The notes beneath the pieces were generated by a model. It saw nothing but the letters and a program-made list of their open reading frames with translations, made no database searches and had not been told where the DNA came from. Positions 29,533 to 37,658 of a stretch of 61,192 nt of DNA are shown piece after piece (position 1 is the stretch's first letter; the number at the start of each line of letters is the position of its first letter). Source of the stretch: a bacterium (GTDB lineage Bacteria > Actinomycetota > Acidimicrobiia > Spongiisociales > JAENVV01); the NCBI GenBank assembly GCA_024639975.1, contig JAHEFX010000003.1:1-61192 (forward strand), read 5' to 3'. Both the position numbers and the translations under genes were made by a program.

Positions 29533-29560
29533 GAAGGCCCCGCCTGACGGCGGGGCCTTC
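29533..29560. terminator. Hairpin between convergent cbaA and the rhodanese gene
   Basis: Perfect 12-bp stem: GAAGGCCCCGCC (29533-29544), loop TGAC, GGCGGGGCCTTC (29549-29560), followed by GGTCGTTCTG. Confidence 0.6.
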
Positions 29561-29606
29561 GGTCGTTCTGTCCGGTCTTCGGTACTCCAGCCACGAGGTG
29601 GCTTGG

Positions 29607-29909
29607 TCAGGCCTTCATCCCCTGGCGGACGAGGCCGCCGGTGAGGTTGGCGACTTCGTAGCCCTGGCGCGAGAGCCAGTTGGCGACGGTCATGGAGCGG
29701 TTGCCGGAGCGGCACACCACGAGGATCTTCTCCTCGGGCAGCTCCTCGAGCCGGTTGGGGATCTCGCCCATGGAGATCCGGATGGATTCGGGAAGGGTGC
29801 CCATGGCCCACTCGTGGGGTTCACGGACGTCGAGGATCGCACCGCCGTCGGCCTTCCAGGCCTCCCAGTCGGTCGTTTGCTCGAAAGAAGGTGCTTGTCT
29901 ACGGAACAT
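29607..29909 (-). CDS. Single-domain rhodanese (sulfurtransferase)
   Basis: 100 aa. ...GGAILDVREPHEWAMGTLPESI...ILVVCRSGNRSMTVANWL... carries the active-site loop CRSGNRS. Confidence 0.85.
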   Translation of the reverse strand: MFRRQAPSFEQTTDWEAWKADGGAILDVREPHEWAMGTLPESIRISMGEIPNRLEELPEEKILVVCRSGNRSMTVANWLSRQGYEVANLTGGLVRQGMKA

Positions 29910-29955
29910 ACCCTGGGGAGTATAGACTTGCGGTACCCTACGGGGTAGGGGTACC
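29908..29955. promoter_or_regulatory. Two CsoR/CstR-type operator-like pseudo-palindromes in the rhodanese/repressor divergent spacer
   Basis: Site 1 is ATACCCTGGGGAGTAT (29908-29923), overlapping the rhodanese start codon. Site 2 is GGTACCCTACGGGGTAGGGGTACC (29932-29955), containing TACCC-TAC-GGGGTA. The C-tract/G-tract arrangement is as in described CsoR-family operators (recalled from memory). Confidence 0.6.
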
Positions 29956-29970
29956 CGTCCAGGAGTTCAG

Positions 29971-30225
29971 ATGCAGTTCGAAGACGAAAGCACCCAGGAA
30001 GCGATCCGACGCCTTCGCCGGGTCGAAGGGCAGATCGGTGGCGTCGTGCGCATGCTCGAAGAGGGCCGCGACTGCAAGGCCGTCGTCCAGCAGCTCTCCG
30101 CTGCCAACCGCGCCCTGGACCGGGCCGGCGTGAAGCTGCTGGCCGGCCAGCTCCGTCACTGCATGACCGAGGACTCCGACGTGGACCCCGCAGAGGTCGA
30201 GCAGCTCTTCCTCGGCCTGGGCTGA
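29971..30225 (+). CDS. CsoR/RcnR-family (DUF156) repressor, CstR-like fingerprint
   Basis: 84 aa: ...AIRRLRRVEGQIGGVVRMLEEGRDCKAVVQQLSAANRALDRAGVKLLAGQLRHC.... Cys35 and Cys64 are spaced 29 residues apart. The residue at the canonical His position (60) is Gln. Confidence 0.85.
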   Translation: MQFEDESTQEAIRRLRRVEGQIGGVVRMLEEGRDCKAVVQQLSAANRALDRAGVKLLAGQLRHCMTEDSDVDPAEVEQLFLGLG

Positions 30226-30286
30226 TCGCAGGCGCGCTGCGTGGTCCGAAGGCCGGACCCGCTCCCGTCTCGTCGCCGACGCTCCT

Positions 30287-30322
30287 CTTGGGGGCCACCC
30301 CCTTCCGGGGGGTCCTCCACTC
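30287..30322 (-). repeat. C-run/G-run hairpin repeat, copy 3
   Basis: The minus strand reads GAGTGGAGGA-CCCCCC-GGAA-GGGGG-TGGCCCCCAAG. It abuts or overlaps the NUDIX stop codon and lies 60 nt after the repressor stop. Confidence 0.65.
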
Positions 30323-31085
30323 AGTACAGGCGGACCCAGCCGCGTTCGAAGTCCTCGACGCCGTCGGCGTATCCGGAGTCGCCGGGGAGTAGGACGTCGT
30401 AGCCGGACTCGGCGAAGACGACCCTTGCCCGCACCCACGGTCGACGCTCGGCGGCTCGCTCGATCGCTTCGACGGCGGACCCGAACCGGCTGAGTGTCCG
30501 CAGCATCCGCAGGGTGGGGGACATGATCTCCCACTCGCCGGCTTCGAATCGACCGATCGCCTCGCCCGGCGTCACCCAGGCCGCTTCCACCAGCTCCGAC
30601 CCGTCGTGGACGGCGTCGCCGGGCGGAGGGGCGGCGAGGAAGAACCGGGTGTCGAACCGACGAGGTGGCCCGACCGGCGTGATCCAATGAGCCACGTAGT
30701 GGAGGTCGTCGACCGGCACCTGCCAGTCGCGCTCGGCCAGCAGTCTGGCGATGGGCCTGCCGGCGGCCACGGCCGTTCGGTCCTCGTCGGCGAGGGACGA
30801 GACCCAGTCGTCGCCGGACTTGGCGAAGACCAGGCCCGCTTCCTCGAGCAACTCGCGGACCGCAGCGGCGTGGAACCCGTCGGGAAGTCGGCTGGATCCC
30901 ACGACGCCCGACTCGACGTCGGCGGGGTCGACCCGCCCACCGGGGAAGACCCAGGCCCGCGACCCGAACACGGCCCGTTCGGTCCTCCGCACCATCAACA
31001 CGGACAGATCGGGGCGGTCCTCGACCAACATGACCGTCGCTGCGGGGGCCACGTGGACGTCCCGGGGGTCGTAGGCTTCGCTCAC
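30321..31085 (-). CDS. NUDIX hydrolase
   Basis: I take the start at GTG 31085 (VSEAYDPRDVHVAPAATVMLVEDRPD...). Nudix box GGRVDPADVESGVVGSS...AAVRELLEEAGL. The 596-aa track ORF continues upstream antisense to rplY/pth and is a run-on. Confidence 0.8.
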   Translation of the reverse strand: MSEAYDPRDVHVAPAATVMLVEDRPDLSVLMVRRTERAVFGSRAWVFPGGRVDPADVESGVVGSSRLPDGFHAAAVRELLEEAGLVFAKSGDDWVSSLADEDRTAVAAGRPIARLLAERDWQVPVDDLHYVAHWITPVGPPRRFDTRFFLAAPPPGDAVHDGSELVEAAWVTPGEAIGRFEAGEWEIMSPTLRMLRTLSRFGSAVEAIERAAERRPWVRARVVFAESGYDVLLPGDSGYADGVEDFERGWVRLY

Positions 31086-31110
31086 TGGCGGCGACGCTAA
31101 CCCGTAGCCG

Positions 31111-31140
31111 TTGGCGTATCTCCGCGACTCTCGCGATAAT
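31111..31140 (+). promoter_or_regulatory. Candidate sigma-70-type promoter for rplY-pth
   Basis: TTGGCG (31111-31116), 18-nt spacer, GATAAT (31135-31140), about 33 nt upstream of the rplY ATG. By eye only. Confidence 0.35.
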
Positions 31141-31172
31141 CGTCCGGTCCCACCTCGTTCAGGAGTCTCCAC

Positions 31173-31829
31173 ATGTCCTCGTCCACCGTGTCCCTTGTCG
31201 CCGATACGGACCGGCAGACCGGTTCCGGCCCGGCCGGGCGCATCCGCGCCGAGGGCAAGGTCCCTGCCGTCGTCTACGGCCACGGGACTGATCCGAAGCC
31301 GATCGCCGTCGACCATCGCGAGCTCGACCTCGCCTTCCACACGGACGCCGGCCGCAACGTCATCTTCGAGCTCGACATCGAAGGCAAGAAGATGACGGCC
31401 GTCGCCCACATCGTCGACCGCCATCCCACCAAGAACCGAATCGTCCACGTGGACTTCCTGCTCGTCGACCTCGACGAGGTCGTGTCCGCCGAGCTCCCGA
31501 TCCGCATCGAGGGCGAGGGCCCGGGCGTCAAGGAAGGCGGCGTGATCGAGATGATCCGACCGTCCGTCCAGATCCGCGGCATCATCTCCAAGCTCCCCAG
31601 CGAGATAGTCCTCGACGGCTCCGAGCTCGAGATCGGCGACATCGTCCGTATCGAGGACCTGCCCGAGTTCGAGGGCATCGAGTACCAGGCGGACAGCCAC
31701 CTCACGGTGTTCACGGTCACGATCACCCGTGCTGCAGAGCTCGACGAGGACGAGGAGCTCGACGAGGAGCTCGACGAGGAAGCCGGCGAAGAGGCCGACG
31801 AAGAGGCCGACGAGACCGAAGAGGGCTGA
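31173..31829 (+). CDS. rplY: 50S ribosomal protein L25/Ctc
   Basis: 218 aa. ...GRIRAEGKVPAVVYGHG...NVIFELDIEGK...HPTKNRIVHVDFLLV... matches the Ctc form, with an acidic C-terminal tail. Followed by pth, as is usual. Confidence 0.9.
   Translation: MSSSTVSLVADTDRQTGSGPAGRIRAEGKVPAVVYGHGTDPKPIAVDHRELDLAFHTDAGRNVIFELDIEGKKMTAVAHIVDRHPTKNRIVHVDFLLVDLDEVVSAELPIRIEGEGPGVKEGGVIEMIRPSVQIRGIISKLPSEIVLDGSELEIGDIVRIEDLPEFEGIEYQADSHLTVFTVTITRAAELDEDEELDEELDEEAGEEADEEADETEEG
31737..31823 (+). repeat. In-frame 12-nt tandem repeats encoding the acidic L25 tail
   Basis: GAGCTCGACGAG occurs at 31737, 31755 and 31767. GAAGAGGCCGAC occurs at 31788 and 31800. Together they encode ELDE.../EEAD... units. Confidence 0.8.
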
Positions 31830-31830
31830 C

Positions 31831-32403
31831 GTGCTCGTCGTCGGGCTCCAGAATCCCGGCGATCGATACGGCGGCACCCGCCACAACGTCGGCGCCGAGG
31901 TCGTGGACCTCCTGGCCGACCGTTGGTCTGCCCCGATCGGAAAGGGCCCGAAGGGCATCCCGGTGCGTGTCGGTACCGGTCGGGTCGGTGGCAAGGCCGT
32001 TCGGCTCGCCCTGCCGACCACGTTCATGAACGAGTCGGGGCGGGCCGTGCAACCGCTGGCCGCGTACTTCGACGTACCCACCGATGAGATCCTCGTCATC
32101 CATGACGACATCGATCTCGACTTCGGTCGGATGCGGGTGGCCCACGATCGGGGTGCCGGTGGTCACAACGGGATTCGATCGATCACCCAGTCGCTCGGCA
32201 CGCCGGCGTTCTGGCGTCTCAAGGTCGGTGTCGGCCGCCCCCCGAGTCGCATGAACCCCGCCGACTACGTCCTGGCGAGGTTCTCCGGAACCGAGCGGCC
32301 CGAGGTGGACCTGCTCGTCGAGGATGCCGGCGACGTGGTCGAGGCATGGCTGGACGATCCCGAGCGGTCCCGCGAGGCCGCCGCGCACCGGCAGCCGGAG
32401 TGA
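31831..32403 (+). CDS. pth: Peptidyl-tRNA hydrolase
   Basis: GTG 31831, 1 nt after the rplY stop. VVGLQNPGDRYGGTRHNVG, TFMNESG and HDDIDL motifs. Confidence 0.9.
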   Translation: MLVVGLQNPGDRYGGTRHNVGAEVVDLLADRWSAPIGKGPKGIPVRVGTGRVGGKAVRLALPTTFMNESGRAVQPLAAYFDVPTDEILVIHDDIDLDFGRMRVAHDRGAGGHNGIRSITQSLGTPAFWRLKVGVGRPPSRMNPADYVLARFSGTERPEVDLLVEDAGDVVEAWLDDPERSREAAAHRQPE

Positions 32404-33524
32404 GGGCGTTCCTCGCCGCGATCGCCGTGGCGTGGCTTCTCCTGTCCGCGCCGGCCGCCGCACTGTGCGAGCCGTCCGGCGCCTTCGACGTCGCCACCCA
32501 CGAGGAACTGCCCGGCGCCATCATCGTGTGGGACTCCTCCCGGGGGCTCTACGAATCCGTCGACGATGGCGCCTCCTGGTACCCCACGAACCGACTCCCG
32601 CTCGGATCGGAGCGGTCATCGACCGAGGTCTGCATCGGTGACGACTGCTATCGGGTTCGAGCCGATGGGCTGGGCCTCGAGCGGCAGGTGGCGAGCGGGT
32701 GGGAGACCCACTGGGAGTACGAGGCCAGTGATGTCGCCTTCCTGGAGCGCCAGCTCCCCGGCTACTGCGGGGAAGGGCATGCCCAGCTCGGCCTCTCGAC
32801 GCTGATCGCGGCTCCCGAGGGCTCAACGCACACCGTGCTCGTCGCCGCCGGAGCCGATGGCCTCTGGTCCATCGACGCCGACGGTGTCGTCACCAAGGGC
32901 GTCTTCGGCGCACCAGCCGACCCCCAAGCCGACCCCTCATCGGTCTACCTGACTCCGGAACGGGTCGGTGTGGGCGTGGGCGTCGTTGCGTTGGGCACTC
33001 TCCTGCTGTTCTGGACCGGGCCGGCGAAGAGCCAGGCCCTGGTGTCCGGTGGCCTCGGACTGGCCGCCCTGGTGTGGACGCTGCTGCCTGACTTCGGTGT
33101 CCGGAGCGACGTCGCCCTGATCGGCCTGACCGTCGTCGTGGTCGTGGCCACCGTGGTCCTCGGGCGGCGAGCGGACTCGGACGCGGCGGAGTTCCTCATC
33201 GGCCTGCTCTGGGCCTTCGGGTTGGGAGCCGCCGTCCGCTCGGTCCTCGGCGCCGGTGAGGCGAGGCTCTACTCGTACGTGCCGGCCATCGTCGGTGCGG
33301 GGCTCATGGCGTTGACGGTGTGGGCCTCGGGGGACCGGGCCGGCGGGAGCGGTCCTTGGCGCTCGGTCGTGCCGGTGGCCGTGGGTGGGTTGGTCGCGCT
33401 CGCCATCTACCAGGCGTGGGCGATGCGGGTCATCGAACCGAAGGTCGTGGCCGATGCCCTGGCCGCGGCCTGCGTCCCGCTGGCGGCGTGGTGGGGTGCG
33501 CGAACGGGTATCAGCAGCACGTAG
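32400..33524 (+). CDS. Membrane protein: signal peptide, Cys-containing ectodomain, about 6 TM segments. Uncharacterised.
   Basis: In-frame GTG 32400 overlaps the pth stop (GTGA). [23 protein letters not shown]... is followed by a soluble region of about 190 aa, then hydrophobic segments to the C-terminus. The start is uncertain. Confidence 0.5.
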   Translation: MRAFLAAIAVAWLLLSAPAAALCEPSGAFDVATHEELPGAIIVWDSSRGLYESVDDGASWYPTNRLPLGSERSSTEVCIGDDCYRVRADGLGLERQVASGWETHWEYEASDVAFLERQLPGYCGEGHAQLGLSTLIAAPEGSTHTVLVAAGADGLWSIDADGVVTKGVFGAPADPQADPSSVYLTPERVGVGVGVVALGTLLLFWTGPAKSQALVSGGLGLAALVWTLLPDFGVRSDVALIGLTVVVVVATVVLGRRADSDAAEFLIGLLWAFGLGAAVRSVLGAGEARLYSYVPAIVGAGLMALTVWASGDRAGGSGPWRSVVPVAVGGLVALAIYQAWAMRVIEPKVVADALAAACVPLAAWWGARTGISST

Positions 33525-33534
33525 CCTCGGGGCC

Positions 33535-35022
33535 ATGTACGTAGCCGCGATCGACCAAGGCACCACTTCCACCCGCTGCATCGTCTACTCCGCCGACGGC
33601 GCACCCCTCGGGGTGTCCCAGGAGGAGCATCGACAGATCTTCCCCAAGCCCGGCTGGGTCGAGCACGACGCATCGGAGATCCTCGCCAAGACCGAACGAG
33701 TCGTGGCCGGAGCGCTCGACATGGCCGGCATCGCCCCCTCCCGCCTCCTCGGCCTGGGGATCACCAACCAACGAGAGACGGTCGTCGCCTGGGACCGCGA
33801 GACCGGCAAGCCGCTGGGCAATGCCATCGTCTGGCAGGACACGAGGACGGACGACCTGTGCCGGTTGCTCGGTGGCGCCGTCGGACCCGATCGTTTCAAG
33901 GCACAGACCGGGCTCCCGCTCGCGACCTACTTCTCCGGCCCGAAGGTGCGCTGGATGCTCGAGCACCGACCCGAGGTGGCGGCGGCCGCCGACCGGGGCA
34001 CCCTGGCGGTGGGGACCATGGACTCATGGCTGGTCTGGAACCTCACCGGTGGACCATCGGGCGGGGTGCACGTGACCGATGTCACCAACGCCTCCCGCAC
34101 GCTCTGCATGGACCTCTCGAAGCTCGACTGGTCGCCCGACCTGTGCGAGGCCATCGGGGTCCCGATGGGCGCCCTACCCCAGATCCGGTCGTCGTCGGAG
34201 GTGTACGGCGAGGCAGGCGGTGTGCTCGCCGGGACGCCGATCGCCGGCATCCTCGGCGACCAGCAGGCCGCGCTGTTCGGCCAGGCCTGCACCGAACCGG
34301 GTGAGGCGAAGAACACCTACGGGACCGGGTGCTTCATGCTGTTGAACACCGGAACCGAGCCCGTCCCGTCCGAAGCCGGTTTGTTGACGACGGTCGCCTA
34401 CCGGCTCGGGGATACCGACACCGTCTACGCCCTCGAGGGCTCGATCGCCGTCGCCGGGAGCCTCATCCAGTGGCTGCGGGACAACCTCGGGATCATCGAG
34501 GCGGCCACCGATGTCGAGGACTTGGCCGCCACCGTCGCCGACAACGGGGGGGCCTACGTGGTGCCGGCGTTCTCGGGTCTCTTCGCCCCCTATTGGCGTG
34601 ACGACGCTCGGGGGGTCATCGCCGGTCTCACCGGTTTCGTGACGAAGGGTCACATCGCCCGGGCCTCGCTCGAGGCGGTCGCCTATCAAGCCCTCGATGT
34701 CCTGGATGCCATGCGCTCGGACTCGGGCGTGGAGCTGACCGCACTCAAGGTCGACGGTGGCATGGTGCGCAACGAGCTCCTCATGCAGTTCCAGGCCGAC
34801 CTCCTCGGCATCCCGGTGGTCAGGCCCGCCTTCCCCGAGACGACGGCGCTCGGCTCGGCCTACGCCGCCGGACTCGCGACCGGGCTGTGGGCGTCCACCG
34901 AGGACATCCGTGATCGCTGGTCCGAGGACGCCCGCTGGGAGCCCCGGATGGCCACCGAAGAACGGGACGGGTTGGTCGCCGGGTGGCACAAGGCCGTCGA
35001 GCGCACCTACGACTGGGTCTAG
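33535..35022 (+). CDS. glpK: Glycerol kinase
   Basis: ATG 33535 ([18 protein letters not shown]...). [30 protein letters not shown] and [10 protein letters not shown] motifs. Confidence 0.95.
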   Translation: MYVAAIDQGTTSTRCIVYSADGAPLGVSQEEHRQIFPKPGWVEHDASEILAKTERVVAGALDMAGIAPSRLLGLGITNQRETVVAWDRETGKPLGNAIVWQDTRTDDLCRLLGGAVGPDRFKAQTGLPLATYFSGPKVRWMLEHRPEVAAAADRGTLAVGTMDSWLVWNLTGGPSGGVHVTDVTNASRTLCMDLSKLDWSPDLCEAIGVPMGALPQIRSSSEVYGEAGGVLAGTPIAGILGDQQAALFGQACTEPGEAKNTYGTGCFMLLNTGTEPVPSEAGLLTTVAYRLGDTDTVYALEGSIAVAGSLIQWLRDNLGIIEAATDVEDLAATVADNGGAYVVPAFSGLFAPYWRDDARGVIAGLTGFVTKGHIARASLEAVAYQALDVLDAMRSDSGVELTALKVDGGMVRNELLMQFQADLLGIPVVRPAFPETTALGSAYAAGLATGLWASTEDIRDRWSEDARWEPRMATEERDGLVAGWHKAVERTYDWV

Positions 35023-35055
35023 GGCAGACCGCCTCGTTCGCTTAGCCTGCGGCTC

Positions 35056-35616
35056 GTGAAGCGGCTCCCCAACCTCCTCGCCTACCTGCGCATCCTCCTC
35101 GTGCCGGTGGTGATGGTCATGGCCCTCGGGGCCGATGCCGGCCCCACCGAGCCCATCGTCGGGGCGGCGATCCTGTTCGTGACCGCGGCCGTGACGGACT
35201 TCCTGGACGGCTGGATAGCCCGGAAGTGGGATGCCACCTCGGTCTTCGGGGCGTTCCTGGACTCCACGGCCGACAAGCTCTTGGTCACGGGCCTGCTGCT
35301 CGTGCTGCTCGTCATCGACCGGGTCTGGATCTGGTTCGCTCTCGTCATCATCATGCGGGAGTTCGTGGTGATGTCCCTGCGCGGGCTCACCGCCATGCAG
35401 GGAGCCACGATCCCCCCGAGCCATTGGGGCAAGACCAAGGCGGCCGTGCAGTTCACGGCGATCTCGCTCGCCCTCCTCCGTTCGGGGATAGAGCTCGGCG
35501 GCTGGTACCTGGACGAGTGGGTGATGGCCCTCGCCGTCGTCCTGACGCTCGTCTCCGGTTGGGGCTACCTCTCCGGTTTCTGGAAGGTCGCCAAGGCCGT
35601 CGACGAGCCGGCCTGA
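35056..35616 (+). CDS. pgsA: CDP-alcohol phosphatidyltransferase (PgsA-like)
   Basis: 186 aa, GTG start. Signature DFLDGWIARKWDATSVFGAFLDSTADK (D-x2-DG-x2-AR...G-x3-D-x3-D). Confidence 0.85.
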   Translation: MKRLPNLLAYLRILLVPVVMVMALGADAGPTEPIVGAAILFVTAAVTDFLDGWIARKWDATSVFGAFLDSTADKLLVTGLLLVLLVIDRVWIWFALVIIMREFVVMSLRGLTAMQGATIPPSHWGKTKAAVQFTAISLALLRSGIELGGWYLDEWVMALAVVLTLVSGWGYLSGFWKVAKAVDEPA

Positions 35617-36020
35617 TGCAGACCGCCTACTTCGGCTGCAAGTACCGGCCGGGGGGCGTCAACCGAGCCTGGGTCGACGAAGTGGCCGAAGCGCTGGCCC
35701 GTGAAGGCTGGGAACTGCTCAACGTCGAGCGTGACCTCGAACGGTGGGGCGAGGTCCAACCAGACGCCACGACGCTGATGGAGGAGACGTTCAGGATGAT
35801 CGACCGATCCGACGTCGTCCTCATCGACCTGGCCGAGAAGGGGGTCGGTCTCGGCATCGAGGCGGGCTATGCGAGCGCCAAGGGCCTGCCGGTCGTCGCA
35901 GCCCTCCCGCACGGTGCCGATCTCTCGGTCACGTTGGCGGGCATTGCGACGGCGGTGGTCAGGTATGGGTCCGCCGATGACGTCGCCGCAGCGCTCGATG
36001 GGGTCGGAGCGCACGCGTGA
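35616..36020 (+). CDS. Nucleoside 2-deoxyribosyltransferase-like superfamily protein
   Basis: ATG overlaps the pgsA stop (TGATG). 134 aa. AYFGCKY...MIDRSDVVLIDLAEKGVGLGIEAGYASAKGLPVV matches the NDT/Rcl-type pattern (D..I..sD.vv......G...E.GyA.a.g.Pv). Confidence 0.6.
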   Translation: MQTAYFGCKYRPGGVNRAWVDEVAEALAREGWELLNVERDLERWGEVQPDATTLMEETFRMIDRSDVVLIDLAEKGVGLGIEAGYASAKGLPVVAALPHGADLSVTLAGIATAVVRYGSADDVAAALDGVGAHA

Positions 36021-36991
36021 GGGTCTTCGTCACCGGCGCTTCGGGCGTGGTCGGCTCGGCGGTCGCCCGACATCTCGTGCTCGCCGGCCACCGGGTCCGG
36101 GCCCTCGCCCGGTCGGCGGAGGCGACCGCCTACGTCGCCGCACTCGGACTCGAACCGGTCACCGGGGGCCTCGGTGACGAAGGGGCGCTCCTGCGAGGCA
36201 TGGATCGGGCGGACGTCGTGTTCCACATCGCCGGGGTGAACCAGATGTGCGTTCCCGACCCCGGCCCGATGATCGCGACCAACGTCGACGGGACCCGACG
36301 CGTCCTCCGGGTCGCCGAGCAGGCGAACGTTCCGCGGGTAGTGGTCACGTCATCCGCGGCCACCCTCGGGGAGGAGCACGGCACGGTCGGCGACGAGACA
36401 TCCACCCATCGCGGCTGGTTCCTCTCCGACTACGAGCGATCGAAGTACCTACAGGAGCAGGCAGCACTCGATCATGGCGGCGACACGGAGGTCGTGCTCG
36501 TCAACCCCTCGTCCGTCCAGGGTCCCGGGCGGGCCACCGGCACCGGGAAGATCATCCTCGACGTGCTCTCGGGTCGCATCCCCGCACTACCGGACTCGGC
36601 GCTCTCGATGGTCGACATCGACGACTGCGCCGCCGGGCACCTCCTCGCCGCCGAGAAGGGCGTCCCCGGCGAGCGCTACGTGCTGAACGGCTTCACGATG
36701 ACCACGCGAGAGGCGATAGCCGTCCTCGCCCAACAGACCGGTGTGGAGACGAAGGTGCGGTTCCTGCCCGAGCGGGTGACCACAGCGCTGGCGTCGGGGG
36801 CGACGACCGCCGAGAAGGTCATTCGGCTCCCGGCCCCGTTCTGCGGGGAGATGCTGCGCACGATGGCCCACGGCCACGTCTACGACGGGTCCAGGGCTCG
36901 CGATGAGCTCGGTCTCGAGTACCGCCCCGCCGAGGCGACGTTCGATCGACTCGTGGCGTGGTTCCGCGCCGAGGGCCTGCTCGGCCGGTAG
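36017..36991 (+). CDS. NAD-dependent epimerase/dehydratase (extended SDR)
   Basis: GTGA overlap with the previous gene. MRVFVTGASGVVGSAVARHL Rossmann motif and YERSKY (YxxxK). Confidence 0.85.
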   Translation: MRVFVTGASGVVGSAVARHLVLAGHRVRALARSAEATAYVAALGLEPVTGGLGDEGALLRGMDRADVVFHIAGVNQMCVPDPGPMIATNVDGTRRVLRVAEQANVPRVVVTSSAATLGEEHGTVGDETSTHRGWFLSDYERSKYLQEQAALDHGGDTEVVLVNPSSVQGPGRATGTGKIILDVLSGRIPALPDSALSMVDIDDCAAGHLLAAEKGVPGERYVLNGFTMTTREAIAVLAQQTGVETKVRFLPERVTTALASGATTAEKVIRLPAPFCGEMLRTMAHGHVYDGSRARDELGLEYRPAEATFDRLVAWFRAEGLLGR

Positions 36992-37009
36992 CCGATAGCC
37001 TCCCGGCCC

Positions 37010-37426
37010 GTGGAACTGACTCCCGAACTCATCGACGCCCGAGTAGCGGAGCTCTACCCGGCCAGCCTCGAGAGCGGCCTGCGCTGCGAGGAGCTGACCG
37101 AGGGCGGGGCGCTCGTGCGATGGCCACTCGACGAGAGCCAGCTCCGACCCGGTGGCTACATCAGCGGTCCCACGCAGTTCACTGCCGCGGACCTTGCGCT
37201 CTGGTACGCCACGTTCACGGTGATCGGGTTCGAGCCCATGGCCGTGACGACCCACCTCCACATCACCTTCCTCCGACCGGCCGTCGGCGGCGACCTGATG
37301 GCCCGGTGCCGGATCCTTCGACAGGGCCGCACGCGGATCTACGGCGACGTCGACCTCTGGATCGACGGCAAGCCCGATGACCTGGTCGCCCACGCCGTCG
37401 GGGCCTACAGCAACCCGACCGCCTGA
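37010..37426 (+). CDS. PaaI/hotdog-fold thioesterase
   Basis: 138 aa, GTG start. ...GGYISGPTQFTAADLALWY...LHITFLRPAVGGDLMARCRILRQGRTRIYGDVDLW... matches the PaaI-type pattern. Confidence 0.7.
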   Translation: MELTPELIDARVAELYPASLESGLRCEELTEGGALVRWPLDESQLRPGGYISGPTQFTAADLALWYATFTVIGFEPMAVTTHLHITFLRPAVGGDLMARCRILRQGRTRIYGDVDLWIDGKPDDLVAHAVGAYSNPTA

Positions 37427-37469
37427 CGGCAGGAAGCGCTACCTCCCAAGACAGGTGTCGGCTCACTGG

Positions 37470-37501
37470 TTGAGTGATCCCCCAGGGTGGTGGGCCCCGC
37501 C
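37470..37501 (+). repeat. C-run/G-run hairpin repeat, copy 4a (degenerate)
   Basis: TTGAGTGATCCCCC-A-GGGTGG-TGGGCCCCGCC. It shares the GAG.GATCCCCC head and the TGGGCCCCGCC tail with copy 2. Confidence 0.55.
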
Positions 37502-37604
37502 CAGGAGCACAGCGACGAGACGGGAGGGGGTCCCGACGCATCGGTCGATGGGGCCCCTGAGAACGATTTGGTCTCCCCCCTCCCCCTGGTCCTGACGGAC
37601 CAGT

Positions 37605-37641
37605 GGTCCCATCCCCCTTGCGGGGGGTCTCTCTCAGAAGG
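37605..37641 (-). repeat. C-run/G-run hairpin repeat, copy 4b
   Basis: The minus strand reads CCTTCTGAGAGAGA-CCCCCC-GCAA-GGGGG-ATGGGACC. It lies 18 nt upstream of the mfd ATG. Confidence 0.7.
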
Positions 37642-37658
37642 CTGCCTACGATTTGGCC

